Assembly: GCA_918797485.1 (NCBI GenBank)
Contig: CAKKNE010000002.1
Span: 5,890,001-5,954,000, forward strand
Reading direction: 5' to 3'
DNA length: 64,000 nucleotides
DNA from: Pelagomonas calceolata
Lineage: Eukaryota
This document shows positions 1-10,177 of this stretch, in pieces (positions within the stretch are counted from its first letter, which is position 1; each line of letters begins with the position of its first letter). The notes under the pieces are model-generated. The model worked only from the letters and a program-made list of their open reading frames with translations. It was not told the origin of the DNA and made no database searches. The position numbers and the translations under genes are program-made.

Positions 1-208
1 CGGGTTTCTACGTCGACAGCGTTTGCATGCCAGCCGTACGAATTGTCCTCTCCGGCTAAACAGCTTTTATCTACACAGCCGCGACTTCTCCTGTGGCTCA
101 GCCTCGTAATTGCATCCCTTATCAGCGCCCCAGCGCAAGAGGGCTGCTGGGTGACACTCACTATGCATCAGCAGGAGCCTGCGTGACCGGGATACCTAAC
201 ATAAAAAA

Positions 209-910
209 ATGACCGCCCACGAGGAGGCGCGCGCGACCACGTCGCTCGTCGTCTACGAGCCACCGGCGGTGCTGAACGTCCAGCAAGCCGAGCGGCGCTA
301 CGAGCTACCACGGACCGGTGCCGTCTTCGTGCGCCAGGCGTGGGGCAGCGGCGACACCGGGGCGGCGCAGTGGCCGGCGGGTGTGGAACTGGCCAAGCTG
401 ATCGATTCCGAGGGCCCGGAACGCTGGCGCGGCAAGCGCGTGCTCGAGATCTCGGCCGGCGGCGGCGCGGTCGTTGCCATTGCTCTTATGCGCGCGGGCG
501 CCACCGTTGTTGCCACGGACGCCGACGCCGAGGCTTTGAAGCTACACGAGGAGAATGCGCGGGCAAATATCGAGCCCGACGTCTTCGCGTCGCGCTACCG
601 CGGAGCTCTCGTGCTGCGCTGGGGCGACGATCCGGCGGCGGCCATCTCGGCCCTGGGTGGTTCCCCCGACGTCGTCGTCGCCTCGGACGTCGCCTACCCA
701 GGCACGCGCGACGCGTGGCCCGCCTTCGCGCGGACCCTCGTCGCCGTCGGCGCTGGCGCGCGTATGCTGTACGGCCACGCGAGCCGCTACGAGGCCGTCG
801 ACCGGCGGTTCTTTCGCGTGCTGCGCGAGGGTGGCGTGCGAGCGGAGCGCGTCGTCGACAAGGGTTCGGTGGCGGGCGTGGGGCTGTTCGAGCTTGTTGT
901 TGGTTCTTAA
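209..910 (+). CDS. METTL21/Methyltransf_16-family protein lysine methyltransferase
   Basis: TGAAQWPAG, GKRVLEISAG, VVATD, LRWG and DVVVASDVAY motifs. Confidence 0.85.
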   Translation: MTAHEEARATTSLVVYEPPAVLNVQQAERRYELPRTGAVFVRQAWGSGDTGAAQWPAGVELAKLIDSEGPERWRGKRVLEISAGGGAVVAIALMRAGATVVATDADAEALKLHEENARANIEPDVFASRYRGALVLRWGDDPAAAISALGGSPDVVVASDVAYPGTRDAWPAFARTLVAVGAGARMLYGHASRYEAVDRRFFRVLREGGVRAERVVDKGSVAGVGLFELVVGS

Positions 911-954
911 TTTGTGTGATCTAACCTAGCCTCCAAGCGGGTGCGAAAGACAAC

Positions 955-2523
955 TTACGGAGTCCACCCCGAAAACGACGACGACCGCCGCCGCAGCGCG
1001 TCGTCCGCGAGCCGCAGCGCGCGCGACGCCGCCTCGCCGTCGCGGCGCGCGACGTCTCGGAGCGCGTCCCAGTCGGGCCGCGGCGCCGGCGACGGAGGCG
1101 TCGCCGGCGGCGTTTGAGGCGGTGACGGCGGCGAGACCGGCGCCGGCGGCGCGGGGACAACGGCCGCGCGACGAGCTTCGGCCTCGCGCGCCGCCGCGCG
1201 ACCCGCGGCGGCCTCGCGCGCGGCCTCGCGACGAGCGGTGGTCTCGCGCGCCTCGGTGGCCCGACGCGCTGCGGCGGCCACGCGGCGCTTCTCCGCGACG
1301 AGCCGCCGCGCCGCGTCGGCCGCCGCGGCGCGGTCGTAGGCCCCGTCGACGGCCGCGTCCGCCGCGCGCACCGCCCTCGCGGAGGCGTCGCAGGCCCTGG
1401 AGGCCACCGCGGTCGCGGTGGCCGCCGCGTCGACGCGGTCGCGCGAGGCCACCGCCCGCGCGAGCTGCTCGCCGGGCGCGCGCGCCGGCGCCTTGGCGCC
1501 GACCCACGCCAACGAATGGGCGCCGCCGGCCGCGACGCGCGCCACCTCGTCTACCTCCACGCGCAGGGGCGTCGGGGACCCGTCGGGCGCGTCGTTCGCG
1601 AGGCGGCCCGCGCGGCCCGCGCCCCAGGCCCAGACCGCGCCGTCGGCGTCCACGGCCACGGCGTGGTCCTCGCCCAGCGCCACCTCCATGCACCGGTCGA
1701 AGGGCGTCTTGACAGGACGGTCGCGGTCGTCGCGGTCGCCCAGGCCGAGCTGGCCGCTGCCGTTGCAGCCCCAGGTCCACAGCGCGCCCCGGCCGTCGAT
1801 CGCCGCCGACGAAGCCCCGCCCGCCGCGATCTTGGCGATGCTCGCGCCGCCGCCGAAGCGGACGCGGCCCGGCGCCGCGGCGTCGCCGCCGCGGCCGAGG
1901 CGGCCCGTCGCCGCAACGCCCCACGACGAGGCCCGGCCCGCGCGGTCGAGGAGCAGCGCGTGGTGGTCGCCCGCCGCGCAGGCGACGGCCGTCACGCCAC
2001 TCACGGCCGCGGGCGCCGTCGCCCGGTCGCAGATGGCACCCCACGTGTAGACGGAGCCGTCCGCGCGGACCACCACCACAAAGGCCGCGCCGCACGCGAC
2101 CTCCACGACGCCGTCGACGGCCGGGAAGGCGGGTTGAGCCACCAGCGCGACCTTTGGCTCGGCCACGCCGCACTGCTGCCGTTCGTTCGCGCCCCAGCAG
2201 GCGACGCGGCCGTCGACCAGCGCGGCGGCGGCGAAGCCCCGGCCCGCCGCCACGCGCAGGGCCTTGACGCTCAGCGGGATTTTCACGGGCGCGACGGGCT
2301 TATCCTTCGTAGCCACGCCCTTGCCGCACTGCCACACGCCGCCGCCGTGGTCGACGACGACGGAGTCGAAGGCCGACGCCGCGGCGTCGCGCAGCGGACC
2401 GGGAGCGGTGAGCTCGGCCGGCGCGCGCGCGACGGCGACGCGGTCGGCCTTGGCGCCGCACTGGCCGTGCGCCGACCAGCCCCACCAGTAGAGGCGCTCC
2501 TGCTTCCGCTCGGGCCAGAGCAT
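955..2523 (-). CDS. RCC1-repeat protein with C-terminal Ala/Arg coiled coil
   Basis: Repeated VACG/WG.N..GQLG.G RCC1 motifs; ATG at 2523 (MLWPERKQ). Confidence 0.85.
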   Translation of the reverse strand: MLWPERKQERLYWWGWSAHGQCGAKADRVAVARAPAELTAPGPLRDAAASAFDSVVVDHGGGVWQCGKGVATKDKPVAPVKIPLSVKALRVAAGRGFAAAALVDGRVACWGANERQQCGVAEPKVALVAQPAFPAVDGVVEVACGAAFVVVVRADGSVYTWGAICDRATAPAAVSGVTAVACAAGDHHALLLDRAGRASSWGVAATGRLGRGGDAAAPGRVRFGGGASIAKIAAGGASSAAIDGRGALWTWGCNGSGQLGLGDRDDRDRPVKTPFDRCMEVALGEDHAVAVDADGAVWAWGAGRAGRLANDAPDGSPTPLRVEVDEVARVAAGGAHSLAWVGAKAPARAPGEQLARAVASRDRVDAAATATAVASRACDASARAVRAADAAVDGAYDRAAAADAARRLVAEKRRVAAAARRATEARETTARREAAREAAAGRAAAREAEARRAAVVPAPPAPVSPPSPPQTPPATPPSPAPRPDWDALRDVARRDGEAASRALRLADDALRRRSSSFSGWTP

Positions 2524-2525
2524 GG

Positions 2526-2840
2526 TCACTTCTTCGGCGGGCCGACGACGCGGCGCTTGAAGATTTCCTTGCCCGTGCCCGTGTTCTCGACGGGCTTGAC
2601 GCCCTCGCACTGCTCGCAACTCGCGCAGCGGCACTTGTAGGTCGTTTGGTGGATTTTGCACAGCCGCGGGTAGTTGCAGTTCGGCGGGCAGCCGCCCTTG
2701 CAGACCGGGACGGGCGTCGGCGCCGGTGTCGTGGCCAGCTCGACCTGCTGGGCCTCGCCCGCGGGCTTCTCGAGCTCGTCGGCGGTGGCGACCGCTGCGA
2801 GGACTGCGAGGAGCAGGGGCAGCAGTCGACGGCGCCCCAT
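2526..2840 (-). CDS. Small secreted Cys-rich protein (104 aa)
   Basis: Signal peptide LLPLLLAVLAAVATA, 8 Cys, GC3-rich codons. Confidence 0.65.
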   Translation of the reverse strand: MGRRRLLPLLLAVLAAVATADELEKPAGEAQQVELATTPAPTPVPVCKGGCPPNCNYPRLCKIHQTTYKCRCASCEQCEGVKPVENTGTGKEIFKRRVVGPPKK

Positions 2841-3257
2841 GCACGGTATTCCTGCCGCAGTTACTGTTGGGGGCAGCCCCTCCGCGCTCTGGCTGCCTGC
2901 CGCAAAGAGCTACGAGCTTGTATTGGGCAGCCCCTCTGCGCTCTGGCCCTCTGCTGCCAGGCCAAGAGTCCGCCGCCGAGCAAGTGGCTTGCCCGCCAAT
3001 CACGGCTGCAGAGCGAACCTTCACGCCACTTGAGCCCTCCTGCAGATTGGCTCGTCGTTTTTCCACCGAGTTCAAAGCGGGTTTTGGGACTCGACCTCGA
3101 TCGATTTTTTATGCTGAGCGCTGCGAAACTCGAGCGATTTGCCCATACACTCGCGCATTGCTCCGGACGTACCTTTAGAAAGAGCTCCGCATTACAACGA
3201 AGAGCGGTTGCAACCGTAGCGCGTCTACACACGCCACTGCGGCACGATCGCACAACC

Positions 3258-3626
3258 ATGGCGGCCGCGCCCCCGCCCATGACCCCGGAAAAAGCAAAAC
3301 TCATCCTCAAGGAGACGATCACGCTCTTCAGCCAACCCGAGAACCAGAAGCGGCTGACGGACGCGCTCGCCGAGGTCGCGCAGCTGCCGCCGGAGCAGCA
3401 GCCCATGGGCAAGATGGCCAAGCTCATGCCCATCGTGACCGAACTCGCGGGCGGCAAGCTGCAGGAGTACGGCCTGCCGAACGTCATGATGGGGGTGATG
3501 CAGATCCAGGCCGTCGGCCAGCAGGACCCGGTGGTCATGGAGGGCGTCCAGCTGCTGACGGCGGCGACGATGGGCAACGTGCCCGACGCCGCCACGCTTC
3601 AAGCTTTTGTCGCGAAGTGCGGCTAG
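3258..3626 (+). CDS. Protein C10 (C12orf57/P_C10)-like
   Basis: MTPEKAKLILKETITLFSQPENQKRL...MGKM..LMPIV...EYG resembles the P_C10 family; ATG at 3258. Confidence 0.65.
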   Translation: MAAAPPPMTPEKAKLILKETITLFSQPENQKRLTDALAEVAQLPPEQQPMGKMAKLMPIVTELAGGKLQEYGLPNVMMGVMQIQAVGQQDPVVMEGVQLLTAATMGNVPDAATLQAFVAKCG

Positions 3627-3647
3627 TTTATATTTAAGTCTATTGTT

Positions 3648-4325
3648 TTATCCGTACTCGTGGACGACGAGCTCCACTTCCCTGCATGCCGACCGGCGCT
3701 TCGTGAAGACGTAGACCGCCGGCCCGGCCGACGCGTGCGCGTCGACGCGCCAGGCCGCGTCGACCTCCGAGAGCCCCGCGAGCACGGCCTCGAGCCACGC
3801 GTCGTCGCCGTCCGGCCTGCGGTGCGACACGACGACGAAGCGCCCTCCACGCTTCAGGACGCGGCCCGCGGCGGCGCAGGCCTCCGTCGCCGCCGCGGCG
3901 TCGCCGGAAATCAAGGCGTCGACGGTGCCCTTGTCGACGACCACGTCGAAGGTCGCGTCCGCGAACGGGGCCAGCGTCGTGGCGTCGGCCTCGACGAGCT
4001 CGACGTGGCACGACTCGGAGCGCTCCTTCACGCTGCGCAGGGCCGCGGCCGCGCAGTCGACGCCGACGAGGCGCCCCGCGTAGCCCGCCTCGCGCATGTC
4101 GCACAGCAGGCGCGACGTGCCGCAGCCGAGGTCGAGGACCGACGAGCGGCGCTTGACGAAGCCGAGCAGCGGCCGCAGATCGTCAAAACTCAAAAACCAC
4201 TCGAAGACGTCGCCGTCGCCGACCGCCGCGTAGCGCGCGGCCCAGTAGCGCTGCGTCGCGTAGCGGTGCTCCTCGCCGGCGGGCGGCGGCGCGTGCGCCG
4301 GGGTCTTTTTACGCCGCGGCGGCAT
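3648..4325 (-). CDS. EEF1AKMT4/METTL13-N-like SAM methyltransferase
   Basis: YW..RY...FEW, VLDLGCGTS and FDVVVDKGTVDAL motifs. Confidence 0.85.
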   Translation of the reverse strand: MPPRRKKTPAHAPPPAGEEHRYATQRYWAARYAAVGDGDVFEWFLSFDDLRPLLGFVKRRSSVLDLGCGTSRLLCDMREAGYAGRLVGVDCAAAALRSVKERSESCHVELVEADATTLAPFADATFDVVVDKGTVDALISGDAAAATEACAAAGRVLKRGGRFVVVSHRRPDGDDAWLEAVLAGLSEVDAAWRVDAHASAGPAVYVFTKRRSACREVELVVHEYG

Positions 4326-4645
4326 TGAAGCTGCAGTGTTCACGAGCACTTGCCTTTCACTAATAACTCACGTTGACGAATGCGCCGCAGAAGAGCTGGT
4401 TTTTGTGTAATGCACGCTGTGCCCCCTGCAAAAGCCTGCCTGCTTAGAGCAAGTCTCGGCTGGCTGCCCGGGAGTCACACAAGGCGCGAGTCCTCCCGGC
4501 GCAGGACGGAGGCATCTTAGCGTACCGCTGGAGCCGTCAGAAACGCGCATCGTGCGGGTCAAGCTGATATGAAGCGCGCCAACGAAGGGCTGCCCGGCCG
4601 CTGCCGAGGCTGCCCCGGCCCAGGTCGCCGAAGGAGTCGTCCAGC

Positions 4646-5901
4646 ATGGCCACCTTCGCCGAGGAGCTGGACGAAGATCTGATCCGTGAGGCCCGGGCCA
4701 ACTCCCAACATCTCCTGGGGACGCCCATGGCTCATGCGTTCAAAAACTACGGCGCAGACCGCGCGAAGCAGGCCAAGGACGCGGCGCTGCAGGCGAAGCT
4801 CGCCGACGCCCTGAAAACGGGCGTGAAACTCGACGAGGCGCGGCTCAACCCGAACGCGGCGCGCGAGTACGACGCGCGCCTCGCGGCCGACGTCGCGCGC
4901 GCCGCGGCGGCGGCGCACGGCACCGTGAGCGACGACGACGACGACGACGACGACGGCGAGAAGCCCGCGGAGGCGGAGGCGACGCGCGCCGACTGCCTCA
5001 AGGCGGCCGAGGTTCTCCACCGCTGCGAGCTCCTTAAACAGGAGGGCAACGCGGCCTTCCGGGCCGCGTGTGCGGAAGAAGATGAACATAAAGCGAGGGA
5101 GGTCGCCTTCGACGCCGCGATCTACTACCTGGATGTCCTGGACGCGATCTACGTCGCGGAGCAGCGGCCGATGGCTCCCGACCAGCAGGAGGCCATGCGC
5201 GCCCTGAAGCTGGCGACCCTCTTGAATCGGGGCGCGGCGCTGAACAAGCAGCTCGACTGGAAGCTGTCGCTCAAGGCTTGCAACCAGGCGCTCCTGCTCG
5301 ACAAGGACAACGTCAAGGGTTTGTATCGGCGGGCCGTGGCGCTCGCCGGCCTCGGGCAAGGGGCCGAGGCCGAGGGGGATCTGTTGCGGGTGCTGGAGCT
5401 GGCGCCGCAGAACAAGGACGCGCAGCGGCGGCTCCGCGAGCTCCGCAAGGCCATGAAGAAGAAGCCGAAGCAGCCGAAGAAGGCGCCTCCTTCATCCGCG
5501 GAGGCCGAGGACGGGTTCACGCCCCTGTCTGACGACGGTGCATAAATCAAATTGTCGCGGCGCGTCCCCGACTCACCAGTTGATTCGCGCACAGGTCGCA
5601 GTCGCCGGAGGAGGCCGCGGAGCTGAAGCGCATGGAGGCGGATTATAACGCCGCCAACGCCGCGATCGCGCGCGCGCGGAAGGCGCACCCGCCGCCGCCG
5701 CCGCCGCCCGCGCCGGCACCTACCGAGGCGGACCTGGCGTTCGCGGAGGCCGTCGCCGCGGCGGAGCGCCTGCCGAAGCCGCCCTTCGACCCGTACGACG
5801 TCGTCGGTTTGGACGGCGACGGTCACTCGACAGGTGCGGACTTCGAGCGGGCCTTCGAGGAGGACATGAGGAAGCGGGCCGCCGCCGCCTCGGGGGAGTA
5901 G
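4646..5901 (+). CDS. TPR protein (FKBP/Cyp40-type TPR triad); exons 4646-5526, 5595-5901
   Basis: KQEGN..F, LLNRGAA, NVKGLYRRA; removing intron 5527-5594 (GT..AG) joins in frame to ORF 5632-5901. Confidence 0.75.
5536..5594 (+). mobile_element. Degenerate mini-introner (subfamily 2 TIR)
   Basis: cggtgcataaatcaaattgtcgcg...ttgattcgcgcacag; left end nearly identical to the element at 40469; TSD decayed. Confidence 0.7.
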
Positions 5902-5925
5902 TAATCTGGTGTTTTTGTCACCGAG

Positions 5926-5945
5926 CTAGCGTTTGAAGACACTAG
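5926..5945 (-). promoter_or_regulatory. CTAG-bounded intergenic motif, variant
   Basis: ctagcgtttgaagacactag followed by ggatgcc. Confidence 0.5.
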
Positions 5946-5988
5946 GGATGCCAAGCCCTGGAAGCAGCATCAGCTGCAGCCTCTGTGC

Positions 5989-6945
5989 ATGCCGACGTGT
6001 GGTCTTCATAAGCATTGCATCTATAAGTGCACAGCAATTCATTGCAGCGCAACGGGTCCCAGAGCACTGCACACTGTAGGCATTCCGGACAAGGCAAAGC
6101 TGGCGCAAGCGGGCCGGCGCACGCGACGACGCCGCCGACGACACTTGCTCGCACGCCATCGAGCAGCGCTGCGCAAGGCGCCGCCGCCGCGACCGCTGCC
6201 GCGCGGGCTATGGCCGGAGCGTGGTGCGGTGCCGCGGCGCTGCGCACCCGCATCGGTCGAGGCCTGCGCGCCGCGCGTGTTGCTTCGGACACAAGACTAC
6301 GCGGTGCTGTGCAAGCCGCCGGACGTGCGGATGGACGGCCTGCACGATAGTGTGACGATGGATACGCTGGCGCGCGCGTGGCTTCCCGACGCGACGATCA
6401 AATATTGCCACCGCCTCGACTACGGCACCTCGGGCCTCTTGCTGGGAGCCCTGCACTCGCGGGCGGCGGCGGCGGCGGGCCGCGCCTTCGAGGACCGGAC
6501 GACGCGGAAGACGTACCTCGGCGTCGTCGCGGGCGTCGTGCGAGGGGCCTTCGCGATCGACTACCCGCTCGCGACGAGCGACGGCTTCCGCGTGCGCGTC
6601 GGCGGCGCGGGCGCCAAGGCGGCGTCGACGCGCGTCCGCGCGCTCGCGGCGTGCCGCTACCGGGGCGTCGCGTGCACGAAGGTGGCCCTGACGCCGCACA
6701 CGGGGCGGCGGCACCAGCTCCGCGCGCACTTGGCCGCCGCGGGCGTGCCCCTCGTCGGCGACGCGACCTACGACGACGGCCCGACGGCGGCCGCGGCGCG
6801 GATGATGCTCCACGCCTGGAAGCTCCGCGTGCCGCTGCCCGAGGGCCGCCGCCTCGTCGCGCGGAGCCGCGACCCGTTTCCGATACGCGGGGGACGGCTG
6901 CGGCCGCGCGTCGACCCAGGGCTCGGGCGCGCGCGGATTGCGTAG
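5989..6945 (+). CDS. RluA-family pseudouridine synthase (start uncertain)
   Basis: HRLDYGTSG, TGRRHQLRAH, GDATY and MMLHAW motifs. Confidence 0.85.
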   Translation: MPTCGLHKHCIYKCTAIHCSATGPRALHTVGIPDKAKLAQAGRRTRRRRRRHLLARHRAALRKAPPPRPLPRGLWPERGAVPRRCAPASVEACAPRVLLRTQDYAVLCKPPDVRMDGLHDSVTMDTLARAWLPDATIKYCHRLDYGTSGLLLGALHSRAAAAAGRAFEDRTTRKTYLGVVAGVVRGAFAIDYPLATSDGFRVRVGGAGAKAASTRVRALAACRYRGVACTKVALTPHTGRRHQLRAHLAAAGVPLVGDATYDDGPTAAAARMMLHAWKLRVPLPEGRRLVARSRDPFPIRGGRLRPRVDPGLGRARIA

Positions 6946-6985
6946 TAGTTATGTTCAACTTATGTATTCGAGAGAGAGCGTCCCC

Positions 6986-7598
6986 TCAGCAGAACCAGTT
7001 CTTGTACGACGCGCACCAGGCGATCATGCGGTCGTACCGCTCGACCGCTGACGCGGCCTTGGCCCGCCGCGCGCGCAGGCCCTTCACTTTTCTGTTAATT
7101 TCGATGCCCTTGTCGACGCAGAGCGATCGCTCGTCCCCGGCCGTCGCATAGAGGCAGCGGCGGTCGATTTGAGCTCGCAACTTGGTGACCGCCTTGAACT
7201 CTCCATCGAAGACTTTGAGCCGTTCCGACTCCACGTCGCGGAGCGACTCGTAGGAGAACATCATCTCCTGGGCGCTTCGATACATGATCGCAAGTACTTC
7301 GTCGCACTTTCCGAGGAAGGTGGAGATGAGGTCCGAGACGACGGCCCGGTCGAAGGCGCGCCTGTGAAACAAATCGTAGCTGAGCCAGCTCGATGGCGCG
7401 CGATTTCCACGCAGAGGCGCGCTCGATCTTCGCGAGGCCCCAGTCGAGGACGGCGCCGAGGCCGCGCGACGGCTTCTGCGGGACGTAGGCGACGACGCCC
7501 GCCGGCGCGGCGAGCGCGCACGACCGCGGGCTCAGTTCCGTCGACGACAGCAAAACTATGGCGACGAGCGCAACGCCGCGGAGGCGTAAGGCATTCAT
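6986..7598 (-). CDS. Signal-peptide protein of unknown function; exons 7598-7423, 7361-6986
   Basis: Two ORFs joined in frame (KIE|RAFDR) by removing GC-AG intron 7422-7362; 184 codons. Confidence 0.7.
7362..7414 (-). mobile_element. 53-bp mini-introner, GC-AG intron
   Basis: Perfect 8-bp TSD aggcgcgc (7354-7361, 7415-7422); ends ctgtgaaac / gatttccacgcag. Confidence 0.85.
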
Positions 7599-7871
7599 AT
7601 TGCCTGAAACCGCCAAGCCTTGATTTCGAGATTAATCGTTGCTCAGAAGGAGTACTTAAGCGGTCACGAACGCTAGACTAACTCGTGCGCCGGCGAAGCT
7701 GCGTACAAGGAGAAACGCTCAAAAGGGCAATTTAAACCCCTATCGTTGCTCAGACGGCCGCGGTTAGATTGAGCGGGCCGAACTTCTGATGATTTTACGT
7801 TCCCTCGGACTGAGTCTTAAGATTGTGCCTCTACTGGCGGCTTAAGGTGGCGTGAAAACTCAGGCTACGTG

Positions 7872-7893
7872 CTAGTGTCTTACAGCCCGCTAG
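7872..7893 (+). promoter_or_regulatory. CTAG-bounded 22-bp motif (1 mismatch)
   Basis: ctagtgtcttacagcccgctag between divergent genes. Confidence 0.6.
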
Positions 7894-8017
7894 CTAATTC
7901 TCCCGAGAGCAGCCACCAGCGAAGCGAGCCAAGCAGGAGTCTGAGGCATCGCGCACTTGGACGGTAGCGTGGGCTGCTCGCGACGCACACAGGAAGCTCC
8001 GCTGCTGCTCAATCGCG

Positions 8018-9337
8018 ATGCCTAACACATCTGTCCGCCTTCTCTGCAGCATCGCAGCTGCCGCTGCGCTCGCGGCGCCGCGCTGCGCCAGGCCAACGCA
8101 GACGAAGCTCGCCGCGGCGACGGCCGACCCCGCCGTCGCGTCGCGCGAGGCTTTTGATGACGTCGTCCAGAAGACGTACGGTCGCTACCCGGTCACGATT
8201 GTCCGCGGCAGCGGCTGCGAATTGGAAGACGACGCCGGGCGGACGTACCTGGACTTCGTGGCGGGCATCAGCACCTGCTGCCTGGGCCACGGCGACCAGC
8301 GCCTCGTCGACGCGATCACGAAACAGATCCAGGAGGTGCACCACGTGAGCAACCTGTACTACATCCCGAACCAGGGGGCCCTGGCGGCGTGGCTCGTCAA
8401 GAACACGGCCGGCCTCGACAAGGCCTTCTTCTGCAACTCCGGGGGCGAGGCCAACGAGGCCGCCATCAAGCTCTCCCTGAAGCACGCGGTCCAGGAGCGA
8501 GGCCTCAAGGACCCCGTCATCCTCACGGCCTACGGCTCCTTCCACGGGCGCACCATGGCCACGATCAGCGCGACGGCGCAGCCCAAGTACCACGGGCCCG
8601 AAGGGTGCTGGCAGGTGAAGGGCCTCGCGGAGCACTTCGAGTTCAACGATATCGCGTCGCTCGAGGCGGCGTTCGAGAAGCACGAGGTCGCGGCGATCCT
8701 GGTGGAGCCGATCCAGGGCGAGGGCGGCGTGCGCGTCGGGACGCAAGAATTCCTGCAGAAGGCGAGGGAGCTCTGCGACGCGTCGGGCGCGCTCCTCGTC
8801 TTCGACGAGGTCCAGTGCGGCGTCGGCCGCACGGGCCGGCTCTGGGGCCACGAGCACGTTAATGTAATACCGGACGTGCTCACGTGCGCCAAGGCCCTGG
8901 GCGGCGGCGTGCCGATCGGGGCCATGCTCTGCGCGGACAAGGCGAACGTCTTCGCGCCGGGCGACCACGCGACGACGTACGGCGGCAACCCCCTCGCCTG
9001 CGCCGCCGCGCTGGCCGTCGCGAGGGCCGTCGACGACGACGGCCTCGTCGCGAACGCGGCCGCGCGCGGCGCGCAGCTCGAGGCGGGCCTCCGCGCCATG
9101 GGCGACAAGTACGCGGGGAAAATCACGGAGGTCCGGGGCCGCGGCCTGCTGCTGGGCCTGGAACTCTCGTCGGAGCTGGGCGGCGCGGCGAAGTTCGTCC
9201 AGGCCGCCGCGGACCGCGGGCTCCTGCTCGTGCCGGCCGGCGCGGACGTCGTGCGCTTCGTGCCGCCACTCGTCGTCAAGGCCGAGCAGGTCGACGCCGC
9301 GCTCGGGATCCTCGAGGAGTGCCTCGCCGAGGCCTGA
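8018..9337 (+). CDS. argD: Acetylornithine aminotransferase, probably plastid-targeted
   Basis: YLDFVAGI, FCNSGGEANEAA, FDEVQCGVGRTG, AKALGGGVPIGA, TTYGGNPLA; signal-like N-terminus. Confidence 0.92.
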   Translation: MPNTSVRLLCSIAAAAALAAPRCARPTQTKLAAATADPAVASREAFDDVVQKTYGRYPVTIVRGSGCELEDDAGRTYLDFVAGISTCCLGHGDQRLVDAITKQIQEVHHVSNLYYIPNQGALAAWLVKNTAGLDKAFFCNSGGEANEAAIKLSLKHAVQERGLKDPVILTAYGSFHGRTMATISATAQPKYHGPEGCWQVKGLAEHFEFNDIASLEAAFEKHEVAAILVEPIQGEGGVRVGTQEFLQKARELCDASGALLVFDEVQCGVGRTGRLWGHEHVNVIPDVLTCAKALGGGVPIGAMLCADKANVFAPGDHATTYGGNPLACAAALAVARAVDDDGLVANAAARGAQLEAGLRAMGDKYAGKITEVRGRGLLLGLELSSELGGAAKFVQAAADRGLLLVPAGADVVRFVPPLVVKAEQVDAALGILEECLAEA

Positions 9338-9348
9338 GGTAACGTACT

Positions 9349-9419
9349 CTAGATATTATTCCGCCCCACCTCGTCGGCGATCTTACTAGATATTATTCCG
9401 CCCCACCTCGTCGGCGATC
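9349..9419. repeat. 34-bp tandem duplication (period 37)
   Basis: ctagatattattccgccccacctcgtcggcgatc at 9349-9382 and 9386-9419. Confidence 0.9.
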
Positions 9420-9587
9420 GCGGCCGCGACTTCGCGGGGCGACCAGTTCTTGCGGGGCGGCCGCGGCGCCGCCGCGGGCCGGCCCTGAAACGCGGAATTC
9501 TTTTTCCGACGCGGTAGGTCCGCGTTCTTCTTCCCGGGCCGGCCGGGCCGCCTCGTGTCGATGGGCGGCTGCCGCGTCTCGACGTAG

Positions 9588-9875
9588 TGCCGCACTTCGC
9601 GCGCGGCGACGTACCTCGCGCGCGCCGGCCTGCGCGGCTCGGAAGTCGCCACGATGGAGCAATTACTGTGCGCACGCGCGGACGTCTTGGTCATGTGCGC
9701 CCGGCGCGAGGGCTGCGCGTGCGGGCGGGGCCTGAAGTCCGGGTTCGTGGCCGCGATCCACGCGCACCGTGGTATGAGCGGGCTGTCGACGCAAGTGAAT
9801 CAGAAGGGCGGCATTTGGAACTACGTCGAAGAACCGGGCTGGGACCTTCGGGCGGCGAGCCGCGTTCCGATGTAG
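9588..9875 (+). pseudogene. Possible O-fucosyltransferase-like C-terminal fragment
   Basis: EVATMEQLLCARADVLV...SGFVAAIHAHR resembles the O-FucT C-terminal motif; in-frame stop directly upstream. Confidence 0.35.
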
Positions 9876-10177
9876 GGCCGCGGCCCCGGAAGGGCGGCCG
9901 TCGCCGCGACGACAGGCGCGCGCGCCGGCGAACTAGCTCGTCGCCATCCCCGGGCACTATTCGTCACCCGGCCCGCGCGTAAAGAGTGGATCTCGAAACG
10001 TGAAGTGCGACGCGTAGCGAGAGTATCGTCTAATCCAGTAATTGAGCTAGTTATAACCCACTAGATTTTCTGGACGCTCGACGCGCTGCTGCTGCTGAGA
10101 CAGACGCAGCCGCACGGCCGGCAACCACCTCACGCAGTCTGACCGCCGCGCACACAAAAAGGGCTGCCCGGGCAGCG

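Noticed and set aside
2524..3257. N-terminal extensions of ORFs 955-3075 and 2646-3626
   Set aside because: Non-ATG starts running through the neighbouring gene and promoter; recognisable protein begins at 2523 and 3258.
5538..5594. Alternative donor GT at 5538 for the TPR-gene intron
   Set aside because: Leads to a short frame with an early stop; the donor at 5527 joins the GC3-rich downstream ORF.
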